From: Camelus dromedarius
Taxonomy: Eukaryota
Length of the DNA stretch: 64,000 bases
Assembly (NCBI RefSeq): GCF_036321535.1
Contig: NC_087448.1
Location: forward strand, 4,216,001-4,280,000
Direction: 5' to 3'
Positions 26,492 to 38,413 of the stretch are shown here, piece by piece. Positions within the stretch are counted from its first letter, which is position 1. Each line of letters starts with the position of its first letter. The position numbers and the translations under genes are program-made. The notes beneath the pieces are model-generated. The model saw nothing but the letters and a program-made list of their open reading frames with translations, had not been told where the DNA came from and did no database searches.

Positions 26492-26792
26492 TTTTGGGTT
26501 TTTTTAACTGAAGTATAGTTGATTTACGTTGTTGTGTTATTTCTGGTGTGTGGCATAGGATTCATTTACCCACATGTATGTATATATATATATATGACTA
26601 GTCAGATTCTTTTTCATTATAGGCCATTACAAGATATTGAATATAGTTCCCTGTACTGTACAGTGGGACCTTGTTTATCTATTCCATATATCTGCAAATC
26701 CCAAACTCCCAATTTATCCCTCCCTACCCCCACTCCCCCTGGTAACCATAAGTTTTTTCTGTGTCTTTGAGTCTGTCTCTGTTTTGTAAATA
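26492..26792 (-). mobile_element. Cetartiodactyl-type L1 3' end, running into a gap
   Basis: tttttaactgaagtatagttgatttac...aggccattacaagatattgaatatagttccctgtactgtacagtggg...ggtaaccataagtttttt...gagtctgtctctgttttgtaaata. Confidence 0.9.
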
Positions 26793-27029
26793 NNNNNNNN
26801 NNNNNNNNNNNNNNNNNNNNNNNNNNNNNNNNNNNNNNNNNNNNNNNNNNNNNNNNNNNNNNNNNNNNNNNNNNNNNNNNNNNNNNNNNNNNNNNNNNNN
26901 NNNNNNNNNNNNNNNNNNNNNNNNNNNNNNNNNNNNNNNNNNNNNNNNNNNNNNNNNNNNNNNNNNNNNNNNNNNNNNNNNNNNNNNNNNNNNNNNNNNN
27001 NNNNNNNNNNNNNNNNNNNNNNNNNNNNN
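26793..27029. other. Assembly gap (237 N)
   Basis: Run of N. Confidence 1.
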
Positions 27030-27721
27030 GTACATTTAGGATGCTTAGCTCATGTACTAGCAAAGGCAGAGAAGCATGAGCACACACCCTCAGGAGGTAC
27101 AGGGCAAGCCCCAGCCAGCCTGCAAGTGCCTTCACACTCCCATTCAGGCTCGTGGAGACTATCTGACTGGGACCTGTGGAGGTCGGGTACCATTCTGCAT
27201 TCATACCTGAAGGCTCTGGGGCAGCCTGACGTCAAATCTAATGCAATAATGGAAACAGTCCCTCTCATACGTCTAAGCCCCTTAGTTTTCTCCGCAGCAT
27301 CTGGGTAGATAAGAGAGAGGAAGCTGAACACTGATGAGCTCTTGGTGAAGGAGAAGAGCCAGGGTCCTTGGGCTGGAGTCCTTGCGTCCTCTGGCCTCAG
27401 AGCATGTCCGTGTCCACCTGGCTGAGCTGCGGTGCCTTAGTATGAGATCTGGTCTCTCGCAGAGTAACTAAATCTGCACCTTGTCTGAGTAACTAAATCT
27501 TACCGTGGCTCTCCCTGAAGTCACGATGCCCTGTCTCGGCCCCGTCTTGTCAAGAAGTCCTCCCAGTCTTGGCTGAGGGGTGAGCTCATCTCTTCACGCC
27601 GGTGCCTCTGGCAGGGTTCAGTTGTCTTCTGGGTCCTCCATGAGGGAATTGTGGCCACATAATTTCCCATCTTTGCCGCACAAACCAAAACTGACACAGC
27701 AAATCTCAACTTCAAAGATAT

Positions 27722-28158
27722 CTTCATAGGTTGAATTGTACACCACCCCCACAAAAAAAAGATATGTTGGAGTCTTAACTCCCACGCCTCAGGGCCTATT
27801 GGCAATAGGGTTGTTGCAGGTAGAATTAGTTGAGCTAAGACGAGGTCATATACTAGAGGAGTGCGGGCCTTACTCAAATATGGCTGGTGTCCTTATACAA
27901 AGAGGACAGAGACACAGAGAGAAGGCTATGTGACAGTGGAGGCATCTATAAGCCAAAGAACTCCAAGGATTGTTGGCAAACACCAGAAGCTAGAAGAGGC
28001 AAGGGAAGGTTAACTCTTACAGGTTCCAGAGGGAGCGCGTCCCCACAAGTGCCTTTATTTCAGACTTCTAGACTGCAGAACCGTGAGACCATCAATTCCT
28101 ATTGTTTTAAGCCGCCCCATTTGTGGCACGTGGTTACGCCAGCCCCGTCCAACTCACT
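27722..28158 (+). mobile_element. MLT1B/C-type MaLR solo LTR
   Basis: ggttgaattgt...agatatgttggagtcttaactccc...gaggtcatatactagagg...gtccttata...ccagaagctagaagaggcaagg...ttcagacttctagactgcagaaccgtgaga...ttgttttaagcc. Confidence 0.85.
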
Positions 28159-28339
28159 GCAGTCTTTCTGCAGTAACGGTTATTCTGATGTGGGTGATCC
28201 TCACATTGGTGCCCCAAAGACCTACAAGAATCTGAGCCCCAAACCAGGAAGGGAGCAGCAGTCCCTTTCCTTTTAAGCTCTTTCTTACGCAGCTGAACTG
28301 AGTTCTCTCTCTGATCTGAAATCTTAAAGGAGGAGGCCA

Positions 28340-29280
28340 GGGCACGTGATCTGATCCCTTCACCCTCCTTCCACGAATCGTGGGTCCCAGGAGGGTGGGC
28401 TGCCCGGCCCCCCCCCAGGCCGGGGCTTGTCTCCCACAGCAGCGCCTGACGTCGTCGAAACTCGCTTGTCCTGACTGGAGAGGGCTCTTCTTCACGCCAC
28501 AGGGCGACTTAAACGTCCAGCTTTCAAGGCTGACACTTGATAAGCTAGTTGGGATCTTAAGAATTTCAGAGATAAGGGACAGTCCTGGGAAGAAAAGTGT
28601 CCCCAGAAGTAGATTGCTAATCTATGAGCAGGAGAGCATCTGGCCTCTATGACAACGCTCGCACGCAGCTATGACCCATGGGGGTCGTGGCCAGTGACGC
28701 TGGACCGAAGAGGGGTACGCGGTTTCTGTTTCAGCTCCGACGTTACCCCGACACTTTCAGTCGTCTGTTACACGGCAGCCCCTGTGGGCTTTGGAGGACA
28801 GAACAGTGGGGTCTCTGCTCTTGGCACACGTGAGTGGGACAAACTGCCTTGAGAGGTTTGCAAAAGCCCGGAGAAGCAGTGGTGGGTGGCAGAGGGCCAC
28901 CGCAGAGAATCGCGGGAGAGCAGCTTGGATAGAGCCAACTGAGGAGGCCGGAGCCACGCTCTGCGACCCTCGAGTCCTGGGAGGGGGGGAGATTGACGTC
29001 TCCACCCCTACTGGGGCCCTGGGTTTTCATTTTGCATTGAGATCCCACAAATAATGGAGCTGGCCTTGCTCAGAGTGCAGTTAAAGCTTATTGTATTCAC
29101 TCTCCATTTCCAAAAAACCAGGAGGTGGATGGTGAGAGCGACCTAGGATTGAGGACTGCTGTCGGGGGAGTGAGGAGACCTGGGAGTCTGGTGGAGCAGG
29201 GCCCAGGCCGAGGGTGATGACGCGGTGGGCGGAGGGGCCAGGAGACGGTGCTGCGGAAATTTTCCTGAACACTTCAGATT
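28340..29280. promoter_or_regulatory. Orphan CpG-rich element (weak island; enhancer or alternative promoter)
   Basis: About 44 CpG in ~920 bp by hand count, GC-rich, no recognisable repeat. Confidence 0.5.
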
Positions 29281-30304
29281 TGGAATCAGCTTTCGGGAAA
29301 TAACAGTAGCGTTTTCTGTTTTCAGATGTGAAAGTTATTATCTCTGTTACTGATTAGGTACTCAGATCCCTTAAGGCACCACAGGTGAGTAAGCAGGTAA
29401 AGATGCCATCCACTCTTCACCAATGGCGTCTCAGGAATAAATGTTTACATACTTAGAGAAGACCTAAGAGATGGGTGGGCGGTCTCCATTGCCTTGAACA
29501 AAAACCCACTGTCCTTTCCCCTAGCTTTTCTAAACATATAAGACTTCTATTACTGGAAAACCTAAGGGCAAAATCAGAAAATGCCAAAATGAGACTTCTT
29601 GTTTCAGTGCTGAGAACCAACATGCGTATACTGATTGTTCCAAGCACGGGTGTGTGAGTGAGTGACAGAGACAGTCACCGCCTCATACTGAGCCCAATTC
29701 CCTGACGCTGGACAGAGAACACATTTGAAAGCATGATGTGGCTTTGCCTGAGGTGGTGACGCAGCTCAAATAGGAGATGTCAAGGACCCAAAGGAAAGAG
29801 CTTTCCTTCCCCTGCTGTCTCTCTGGCCACAGGGAACTTGGGGCTCTTTCTTATGAAACTAGAATTTTAAAAAAAAAAGTAATTCAGAGAGAAAATGATC
29901 TTCCCTTGGGTCCTAATTTTGGAACCTTCTTGTCCTTAAGGACATCATTTCTAAATGATTTACTGGGCATTTATTTGGACAACTACGGAGTATGCCCAAT
30001 TTCATAAGAAAATAAAATGATCCCTGTAAAACTAGAAAGCAGGAGAAAACACTTTTACGATGTTCCTTCGATAGAAACTAACATCCTTCACTAAACCATT
30101 TTGCTTTACTGGTTTCAGCTATTGCTATGGGCCTGGCATTTGTGAGGGTGGCATCCATTCAGCGGCGAGCAAATGTGAGCCTCCGGGATACTGGGCAAGA
30201 CTCAAAAACAGATCTGGCTCATGTCACGATAATGCTGCCCTGTGTCTCTTATATACTTGCCCTATGCTGTGCAGTAGCATTACTGAATTATTTGCTCTTC
30301 TTAT

Positions 30305-30512
30305 CAATAATAAAAAGTGTATTACATGCTTATTATGTGCTAACCTCCTTAAATAGATCATCCATTGAATTCTCATGCCAACCCTGCAAGGTAGGTGCTA
30401 TTGTGAGATGCGTTTCATGCTGGGGGGGGGGGTAGGGAACTTAAGAGCTGAGTGGAAGAGTCAGGGTTTAAACACAAATTTATTTTTCTTCAAAGTGCAT
30501 ACTCTTAACCAG
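30305..30512 (-). mobile_element. MIR SINE
   Basis: ttacatgcttattatgtgct...tctcatgccaaccctgcaaggtaggtgctatt...gagtcagggtttaaacac...atactcttaacc. Confidence 0.6.
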
Positions 30513-33500
30513 GTTTATGATATAACCTAGGTGCTCCCAAAGAATGTTGCAGTGTTTAAGGAGACAATAAAATTTGGAGGGCGGGGAATACATCCCAATA
30601 ACTATTAAGCTATAGTCGGATTCTTTCTATAGTAGTGAAAAAGGAAAAACAGAACTTAAAAAGCTCAGTGTTCTCCATGGTTTCTTATCACAAACTACCT
30701 TTTCTCCTGCATTCACTTCTGCTTTGCTATAAAGTGTATTATAACAAAGTGCTTTTGACCAGTTTTTCCTCCCAGGGGCCCCAGATACTACACATTTATT
30801 AGTGGAAAAAATACCTTAATCTGGACATTTAAAATATGGGTAAAAATTATATTACATTTAAAACATGGAATGAATCTTATATGGAAATTTTTAAAGAAAC
30901 AAAACCAGTTTTTTAAGTTTAAAATGGATTTGTTTTTAATGGAAGTAACACCTACAATGGCTTTAATAATAAAAACAAACAAAAAGCAGGTACTTTGGGG
31001 CTTACAAGTTAAAGTATCCGTTCCCGATCCGTCCTGCCCCCAGAAATCCTGCTCTCCAGGGCCAGCCACTTTTTTTTTCACTAGGGCCAGCCACTTTTAT
31101 ACAACTTATGTCTTTAACTTTTCTGCTGCTTATCTTCCTATTACTAAATAATATGACCCCATTCTGCCTTGAGTCATCAGTTTTAAGCATTATCAGCTGA
31201 CTTCCACCTGGTGAGGGAGGGCTACCACAGCCAGATTTAAGCCAAGCCCAGCCCTGCAGACCCAGCTCAATAACTGCAAACCAGTTGAAAATAAAAGCCA
31301 GTTTTGAACCCAAAGGGAAGGACATGTCTTCGGTAGCCAACTGTTATTTGTGTTGCCTTAAAAAAAACTAAGAATGTGACCTTTGGCCTCTTGCAATAAT
31401 GGAGTCCCTCTCGCAGTCCTTCAGGGACTTGGAGGCACAGACAACCAAAGGATCCTCGTTGAAATCCTTTTTCTTTTTACTTTGTTTTCACTCGTACCCT
31501 TTTGCTTGGCTGACTGACTAATCCCGGACTCTTTAAATTCCAGGGTGCTGTGTGTGCTGGCTAAGAAACCCAACACCAGCGCAAAGGCTCCAGGAAGTCG
31601 TCTTAAGGAATAAGTATGTTTTGTAAACAGACAACCAGCCTTGGATGAAATACACATACTCATAAGCTACCCCTTGTTTGTGCTTGCTAATGGTCTTCAG
31701 GATTGGAGCCAAGGTTTTAGCTTAAACTTCAGTGTAGCCAACCTTAGGACAGGCTAGCAACAACCTTGGTTCTCACATCGCATTCTTTTCATTTACAAAG
31801 TCGTAAACTTCTTAAAATAAAAGGCACAGCCTTTTTTCCTACGGGAACCTACTAAAGACTAATCCTAGCTATCTTTAATAAGAGAGGAAATAAAAAGAGC
31901 TCCGTTTTGGAAATAGAAATAGACAAAGAGATGTGTGGATGGATGAGAACGAAAATATCTGGGCTTGCTGAGTAGTTCCCAGTGTTTATTCTTGGAAACC
32001 TTGGGATTATTTATAGGATCTTAAAATATTCTCAACAATCTCGAGATATGGCAGAGCCTAAATAGTTTTGATTTGAAAACTAACATAATTAGATTTTTTT
32101 TCCTGGCATGTTTTGCCATACAGTTTATACGGGAATAACAACGGTGAATGTATGAAATGACCAATCCGCACACATTCAGCAGACGTGGACTCAGGGCCCT
32201 GGTTCTCATGAGATGTATGTATCATGTATATATGCTAACGACCCCCTAAATTGTTTTATGACAATGAACCTTTGGGTCTCTTTCCACGAACATTGTGTTT
32301 CATATTACGAGAACCTGGAGCTCCTGGCATTTCAGACAAGTCAGGGCATGAGAGTCTTGAAGGAGACCTGGCTTTTGGTCTTCATTTCCCCGACCCCGTC
32401 TGCAACAAAATCTACATTGTCTATTCCAAATGCTATGCAAAAATGTCATCATCACAGAATCAGGAAAATCAGGCTTTTAAAAAAAGTTTCCTGAATGCTG
32501 ATTCATTTCTGTGTTTTCCCACTCAAGAAGAGACATTAACAAGCATCACTCTGTCCAAAGTTGTAACAGCATGTGCACAAATCCATGATAGACTAGCCCA
32601 CGTGATAGACTAGCCTAGAAACAAGAACCTATGGAGAAAGGAATTAAAAAACAAGAAAGACAAGAGATCACAGTTCAGGCAACAACAGCATTGTTAAGCA
32701 GAAATAGAATAATTTTCAATTAATTAATTGAATCTTGAAGACAGTCTGTTTTTCTCAATCAGAACAAAGTCATCAACCATAACTTGGACATTATCGCCAG
32801 ATATGTTCAAATTTTTTTCCTTCCGTGATTTTTCAGCACATGTCAGAATGTGGAGGAAATGGTACAGTCATCATCAAAATGAGCCATGAGTTGATTTCTA
32901 CACACTTGACAGTGAATTCGTTGTTAGAAAGATTTCTGTGCATATTCTCTGTAGAGCAGCTCTCACTGGTGCCATCCGATGATACCAATTCTAAACTCAA
33001 ACTGAGCTTGGGGTAAGGCTGAGTTTGCTTAGCTGAAATACATTTTTTTTAAAATACTCTTTCAGTGGGAGGAGTGAAAAGAAAATCAACGGGAAGTACC
33101 AACCCAGATTTTACCCTTGTGGACACCTGTTGTAGACGATAGCCAAACAGACTTCAAGGACTGGGTCCTCCTGGGATAAGGGTTTATACACCAAGGAGCT
33201 TGTGAGAAGTCCTGAAGGCTGGTCCTCACCCTGCCACAGAAGTGGTGTGTCGCCTGAGGTGTGTGATCATCCTAGGAATCTCTGTTTTCTAAATAGCAGT
33301 AGCTACTTCAGAAAAGGGTTCGTGAGTTCTCTGGTATAAATAGTAGATCAAAAAAAAAAAAAAAAGGTTTTCCTCTTCTGTTAAAGACTTCCCACCACAG
33401 CCTGAGAGCGGAGCAGCTCCTTATCAGTCAGGGTGGTGCCTGTTTTCTGAAGCACTGCGTGCTCCCTGGGTGTGAACACACAACATTTATCTTCGTAGTT

Positions 33501-34670
33501 AACAAATGCCATCAGTTAACAAATTTCCCCCTTGTGCTACTAAATCACCAACTATGAAAAGTAGAAAACATATTATCAGATGTGAGCTATGATTTAGAAA
33601 GTGTTTACCTAGAAGCATCTGATACAGAAAAGAAAGTTGAATTTCTTATGGAAGATTTTGCTTAAAATCTTGTCTGTGCCCTAAGTGATACATGACCTCA
33701 AGAAAGTCACTTCAACACCCAGGGTTCTGGTGTCTCTTCTTCACAGTGAGAGTAACATCTATCCCACCCAGTGGCTATAAACATTGTATGAGTTTTAAAC
33801 AAATAAATGAAAGGCTTAGGAGGACTGTTTTAAAATATCATGGAAACCCTACATCAAAATTTGAGATTATCACTTTCATTTAGACTGTTTCTAAACAGTA
33901 AAAACAATTTAAATGATTCCACAAGACAAAGAAAACAGAATGGGATTCAGCTGATTTACCAGATTCAATTTCCCACAAATGAAACAACTTTTTCACTAGA
34001 TGCACAACAGCCCAACTAATTATTCTGGCATTGTTTACACCCAATCGCAGAAGACAAAAAGCATAGCAAATGTTTACCTTTAAACGTCAGAAACATCCTC
34101 TAACAGTATTTGTGTTATTTTCAACAAATTCTTGAATGCTCCCTTCAGAGAAAAAGACTGACTTCTGGAAAGAATTTGCATGGATTCCATTTCCGCTGTA
34201 GCACGCACATTTCAGCAGGCGGTTCAGTCCTGGCCCTAACAGCCATATTCCTGCTAAGGCACAGTCACACGGACTGGAGAACTGAGACAGCCTGACAGAT
34301 GATTCCATGTGGAAAGTGACTGCTCTTCCCTCCACTCTTGCACTGTCTCAAATAATATTCTTTCTCTTAATTATGTAATTAATAGCCTCAATTTTTCATT
34401 TCACTCTGAAACACTGTGAAATGCCACAGCCTCATAAAGTAAAACAAGGTGATTTCTCCATCCAGCAGAACATAAAATCGGCGACACAATAAATGCATTG
34501 CCAACGCTGCCAATTATAAGATGGTTTTGCATGTAAACAGTCACGTGTGTGAGATGAATACATCAGTAGTGACAGTGGCAACTCTGCCGCGAAGTGCAGC
34601 GGTTGGCAGGGCTCTGCACTTGGAACAGGTATTTAAGTAGTGCTCCGCCAGCCAGCGAGGATTTGAGGAG

Positions 34671-34722
34671 CCCATCGTCTCAGATGTGATCATCCCATCG
34701 TCTCAGATGTGATCATCCCATC
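34671..34722. repeat. Perfect 23-bp tandem duplication (2 full copies plus 6 bp)
   Basis: CCCATCGTCTCAGATGTGATCAT at 34671-34693 and 34694-34716, then CCCATC. Confidence 0.95.
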
Positions 34723-34930
34723 AGTACAATATGTGCAGCTCCCGGTGGTCTGTGGGTGGTCTCACACGCTTCCAAGATTTTGAATTTCATCTACAAGGCA
34801 AGGACCCCCAAACCTACGTCCCCAGACCAGATCACTATTCTGAGTTCCAACCAATAAACTTAATTCTCTAAAGGACCTTGCTCTTTGGATATGGGTGGTT
34901 ACCTTGTACCACATCTGCAAAGTTCCACCA

Positions 34931-35240
34931 CAGTAGTCCATTGGTATCAGTGGGGGGACTGGTTCCAGAAGCCCCCTCCACAGATACCAACATTTGTAGA
35001 TGCTCAGGTTCTTTGTATAAAGTGGTGTGGTATTTGCATGTAACTGACCAGATACTTTAAATCATCTTCAGACTACTTGTAATACCTCATACAGTATAAA
35101 TGCTATGTCAACAGTTGCTGAAGCATGGCAAATTCAAGGTTGGCTTTTTGGAAACTCCTGGGATTTTTTAAAAAATGTATTTTTGATCTATGGTGGTTGA
35201 ATTCGTGGATGCAAAACCCACGGATACCAAGGGCTGGCTG
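34931..35240. mobile_element. MER2/MER2B-like TcMar-Tigger MITE
   Basis: Imperfect terminal inverted repeats cagtagtccattggtatc / gataccaagggctggctg; internal tggttccagaagcccc...ggttgaattcgtggatgcaaaacccacggatac. Confidence 0.8.
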
Positions 35241-35254
35241 GATAAAAAAAGTCT

Positions 35255-35470
35255 TTAAAAGCATGGACTCCAGAGCCAGACTGCCTGGGTTCCAATCCTG
35301 ACTCTTCTACTGTACAAGCTGTGTGACCTTGGTTAAAGTACCTATCCTCTCTGGGCCTTAGTTTCTCTGTCTATAAAATAGGGGCAGTAATAGCAAATCA
35401 TCAGAAAGTTATTTAAAAATTAAGTCAATTTCTGAAAATAACCTGGAACCCTACTGACACATGGTAAGTC
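35255..35470 (+). mobile_element. MIR SINE
   Basis: gactccagagccagactgcctgggttccaatcctgactct...tgtgaccttgg...gggccttagtttctctgtctataaaataggg. Confidence 0.8.
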
Positions 35471-38413
35471 TTCAACAGCTGTCATGTTCTCTTGTTGTGA
35501 CTCTCCTTCTCTGTTTCAGTGAATGGCACCGGGATTCACCCAGGGATTAAGCATGAACCTGGATTCAACTCTTGGACCAACTACGTACAAACTCTGTGAC
35601 CTCGGGCAAGTGACATAACCTCTTTGAAAGCCTCAATTTCCTCATTTGGGAAAGGGGCACCATAGAGATTTCTAATACGGATGTAGCGAAAACCCGTGTA
35701 GAAGCTTTGGGCAGGGCCCGCCATGGAGCCAGCACTCAATCAAGACGAGCAACTGCCATTATCACCGTGGACTCTTCCTTCCCTTACGTCCCCATTTCTA
35801 ACTACTTTACCAAGCGTTGTCACTTTTAACCCTCACAGAACTCTGAATACCCCCTCCTCCTTACGCTCTGTCTCACCTCACGTCAATTTCCACTTCCTGA
35901 CTGCTCCTCTCCCCCCAGCTCCGGCCCTCAGAGCTGGCTTCATCCCTCCAGGGATTCAGGCAGAAGCAGGTCACACCCCTGCCCGGGCCTCCTGCCCCTC
36001 ACTCACACTGTTAGCGCAGCTCAGCAGGGCCTCCACACCCAGCTCTGGCCCATCCTTACCCATCCCTTGGGGGGCCCAGCTCGGCCCCAGCCCTCCCAAA
36101 CAACCACAGCTCCCGGTGGGGGGGTCAGTCGTGCGCCTCCCCCAGGACTGCAGTGACACAGGGTAACAGCAGGGGAAGACACAAAAGGCAAATCACGCAG
36201 CACAGGCTTCTCAGATGTCCTCACTCTGGGAAATGAGCACTATTTAAAAGTTTTTGACCTACAGAAGCAGCAGGTTTGTTTAATGCGATCTAATATGATA
36301 GAAGAGAATACAAATTTCCCATTAATTTCATAGGTTGAGCTACGAGAATTCACAGGTCCTTTTAAACCTGCAAGTGTTCCCGTGGGCGGAGACGGGGGAG
36401 CTTTGGTCGGCATCCCGCCTCCCTGTCACCGAGGCTACTGCAGGCAGACAAGCCATTCTCCCCAGCATTTCACATCCTCTTCTCTGAGCAGCTTGACAGA
36501 CGGACAGACCAAGCCCGTGCCCTCCCCGGGAACCAGCGGACCGAGTGACTCCCCGTGTGCATGCATAGCACTCGCTCTGTGTCCCTTCCCTGCATTTCTG
36601 CAATGGTGTCTCCCTGGCCACCCCACTGACCTGTCTCTCCTCTGTAGTCTTGCAGGGCAGAGGCTGTGTCCCATTCGTTTTTGTGTTGTCACAGCCCAGC
36701 ACTGTTCCCGACACCCGGCAAAATACGAAATTGACGTTAGGCAAAGGAGATGCACCTGCAAAATGAACCAAAAACTATCTGGAAATCTGCCTAAGTTTTT
36801 CCTCAAATCTATTTCAGAGTCTATACGATCCACCTTGATCTGGAACAGAGACTACAAGATCTGGTCATTCGTGCTGTATGTGCTGTAAGTCCGTGTGCGC
36901 TAACGTCACTTGGCGACACGTTGGTTGAAGGCTAAGAAACACAACTGAAAACGTTTGAAGTTAAAGTTTTAAACAGTTGTGAGTAAATAACGCACTCTTC
37001 CAAGATTTAAGGACCTCAGGGCACAGCAGTCCCTTTGAAAATATTTTGAGTTATCTTCAAATTATTTATTTCCCAAAAGATGAAAGTCACTCCTTCCATT
37101 TATACTCCTGAGACTTACTGCACTCTTTGGTACCCGGAACTGCATCCTTTGAAGGCAGCATGCCAAAAAAATCTTTTTTCACTTGTTTTTGTGATTTTGT
37201 TTTGGAGAAGTTTGAGGGCATTTTTTTTTAGGTGTTGTTTTCTTTTTTTTTACCCTTTGTCAACATTTGAGTTATAAAAGCTGCAACAGTGGCCAAGCTG
37301 ATAAGAAGGGAAACTGTGTAAAAGTACCAACCTTGAGCAAGAAAGGAAATTACCAAATAGAGACTTTTCATTCTCCTAAAATTAAGCACAGCCTGAAATT
37401 AAAGCAGCCGACTGAAGCCTCCTCTGGCTGTTTCTAGCTGGCTTTTAAACACAGTAAACAGACGATCCTGTAAACAGAGCAGAGCAGTCACCCGTCCTCC
37501 CCCACTCCTCCACCGAAGGGGCACGTTGGTCCTGAGAGTGCCGTAGACCAGAAGTAGGCTCAGGGACTGTTCTTGCAGGTGCACGTGCTCCTTCCACAGT
37601 TCTCTGGTCATTTAAGAGATTAGTCTGCAAAGTCAGGCTTAAAATTGCAGTGCTTGAAAAAAAGTTCAGACTAAGGTTTGATAAGGAATTTTGGCATCTC
37701 TTGAATGGAAGGTCTACAGACTGACTTGTTCTTATCTGGAGTTGGTGGGGTGAGGGCAGGGACCACAGAGGGAGGTGGAGGTGGAGGCGAGGGCCGGGCA
37801 GATGTGGAAACTTGAATCAATTAGCTGTGACTTTCTGGGACTCACACTTTGAGAGCTGAGGAGAAAACGATTCCAGAGGCATCAGTCCAAGGTCACTTTC
37901 CTTTGGATGAGGAGCGTAGTATCCGGCTGGCCCGTCAGGGTTCCCTTAACTCCAAGACTCCTGCCTTTGCTCCTTTTGACCTTCCATTCCCTTCTTAGAT
38001 CAGTTATTTGACAATAAAATCAAAATGCAAGGAAATTAAGACTATTTCCGCAAAGATCAATTGACCTGAGGAATTCAGAGGATGTACATATCAGATTTCA
38101 CCTTCTCATCTCAACTCCCTCACTTCCTTCAAACCCAGAGGATGTTGAAGTCATTGCCAAAGACATCAGCTGAGCTGTGATGGCGATATAGTCTCATTGC
38201 TCCTCAAACTGTCTCAACTTTTCATAAAAAGAGGCATGGTTGATTTTCAGTAACCGTAGTTGTGTGATGCTTATTCAGTGCAGGAATAAACTATATCACA
38301 ACAGGAGAAGGGACTAGAAGGCAGATCCCATCTCAGCATCATCACTGGGGGCTAGTTTAGTAACCAGCTCTGGATTTCTTAAGTCTCTTCTCAAGTGGAT
38401 AAAACAGAGAACT

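Noticed and set aside
26617-27204. ORFs spanning N runs (also 16589-16803)
   Set aside because: Artefacts of translating assembly gaps.
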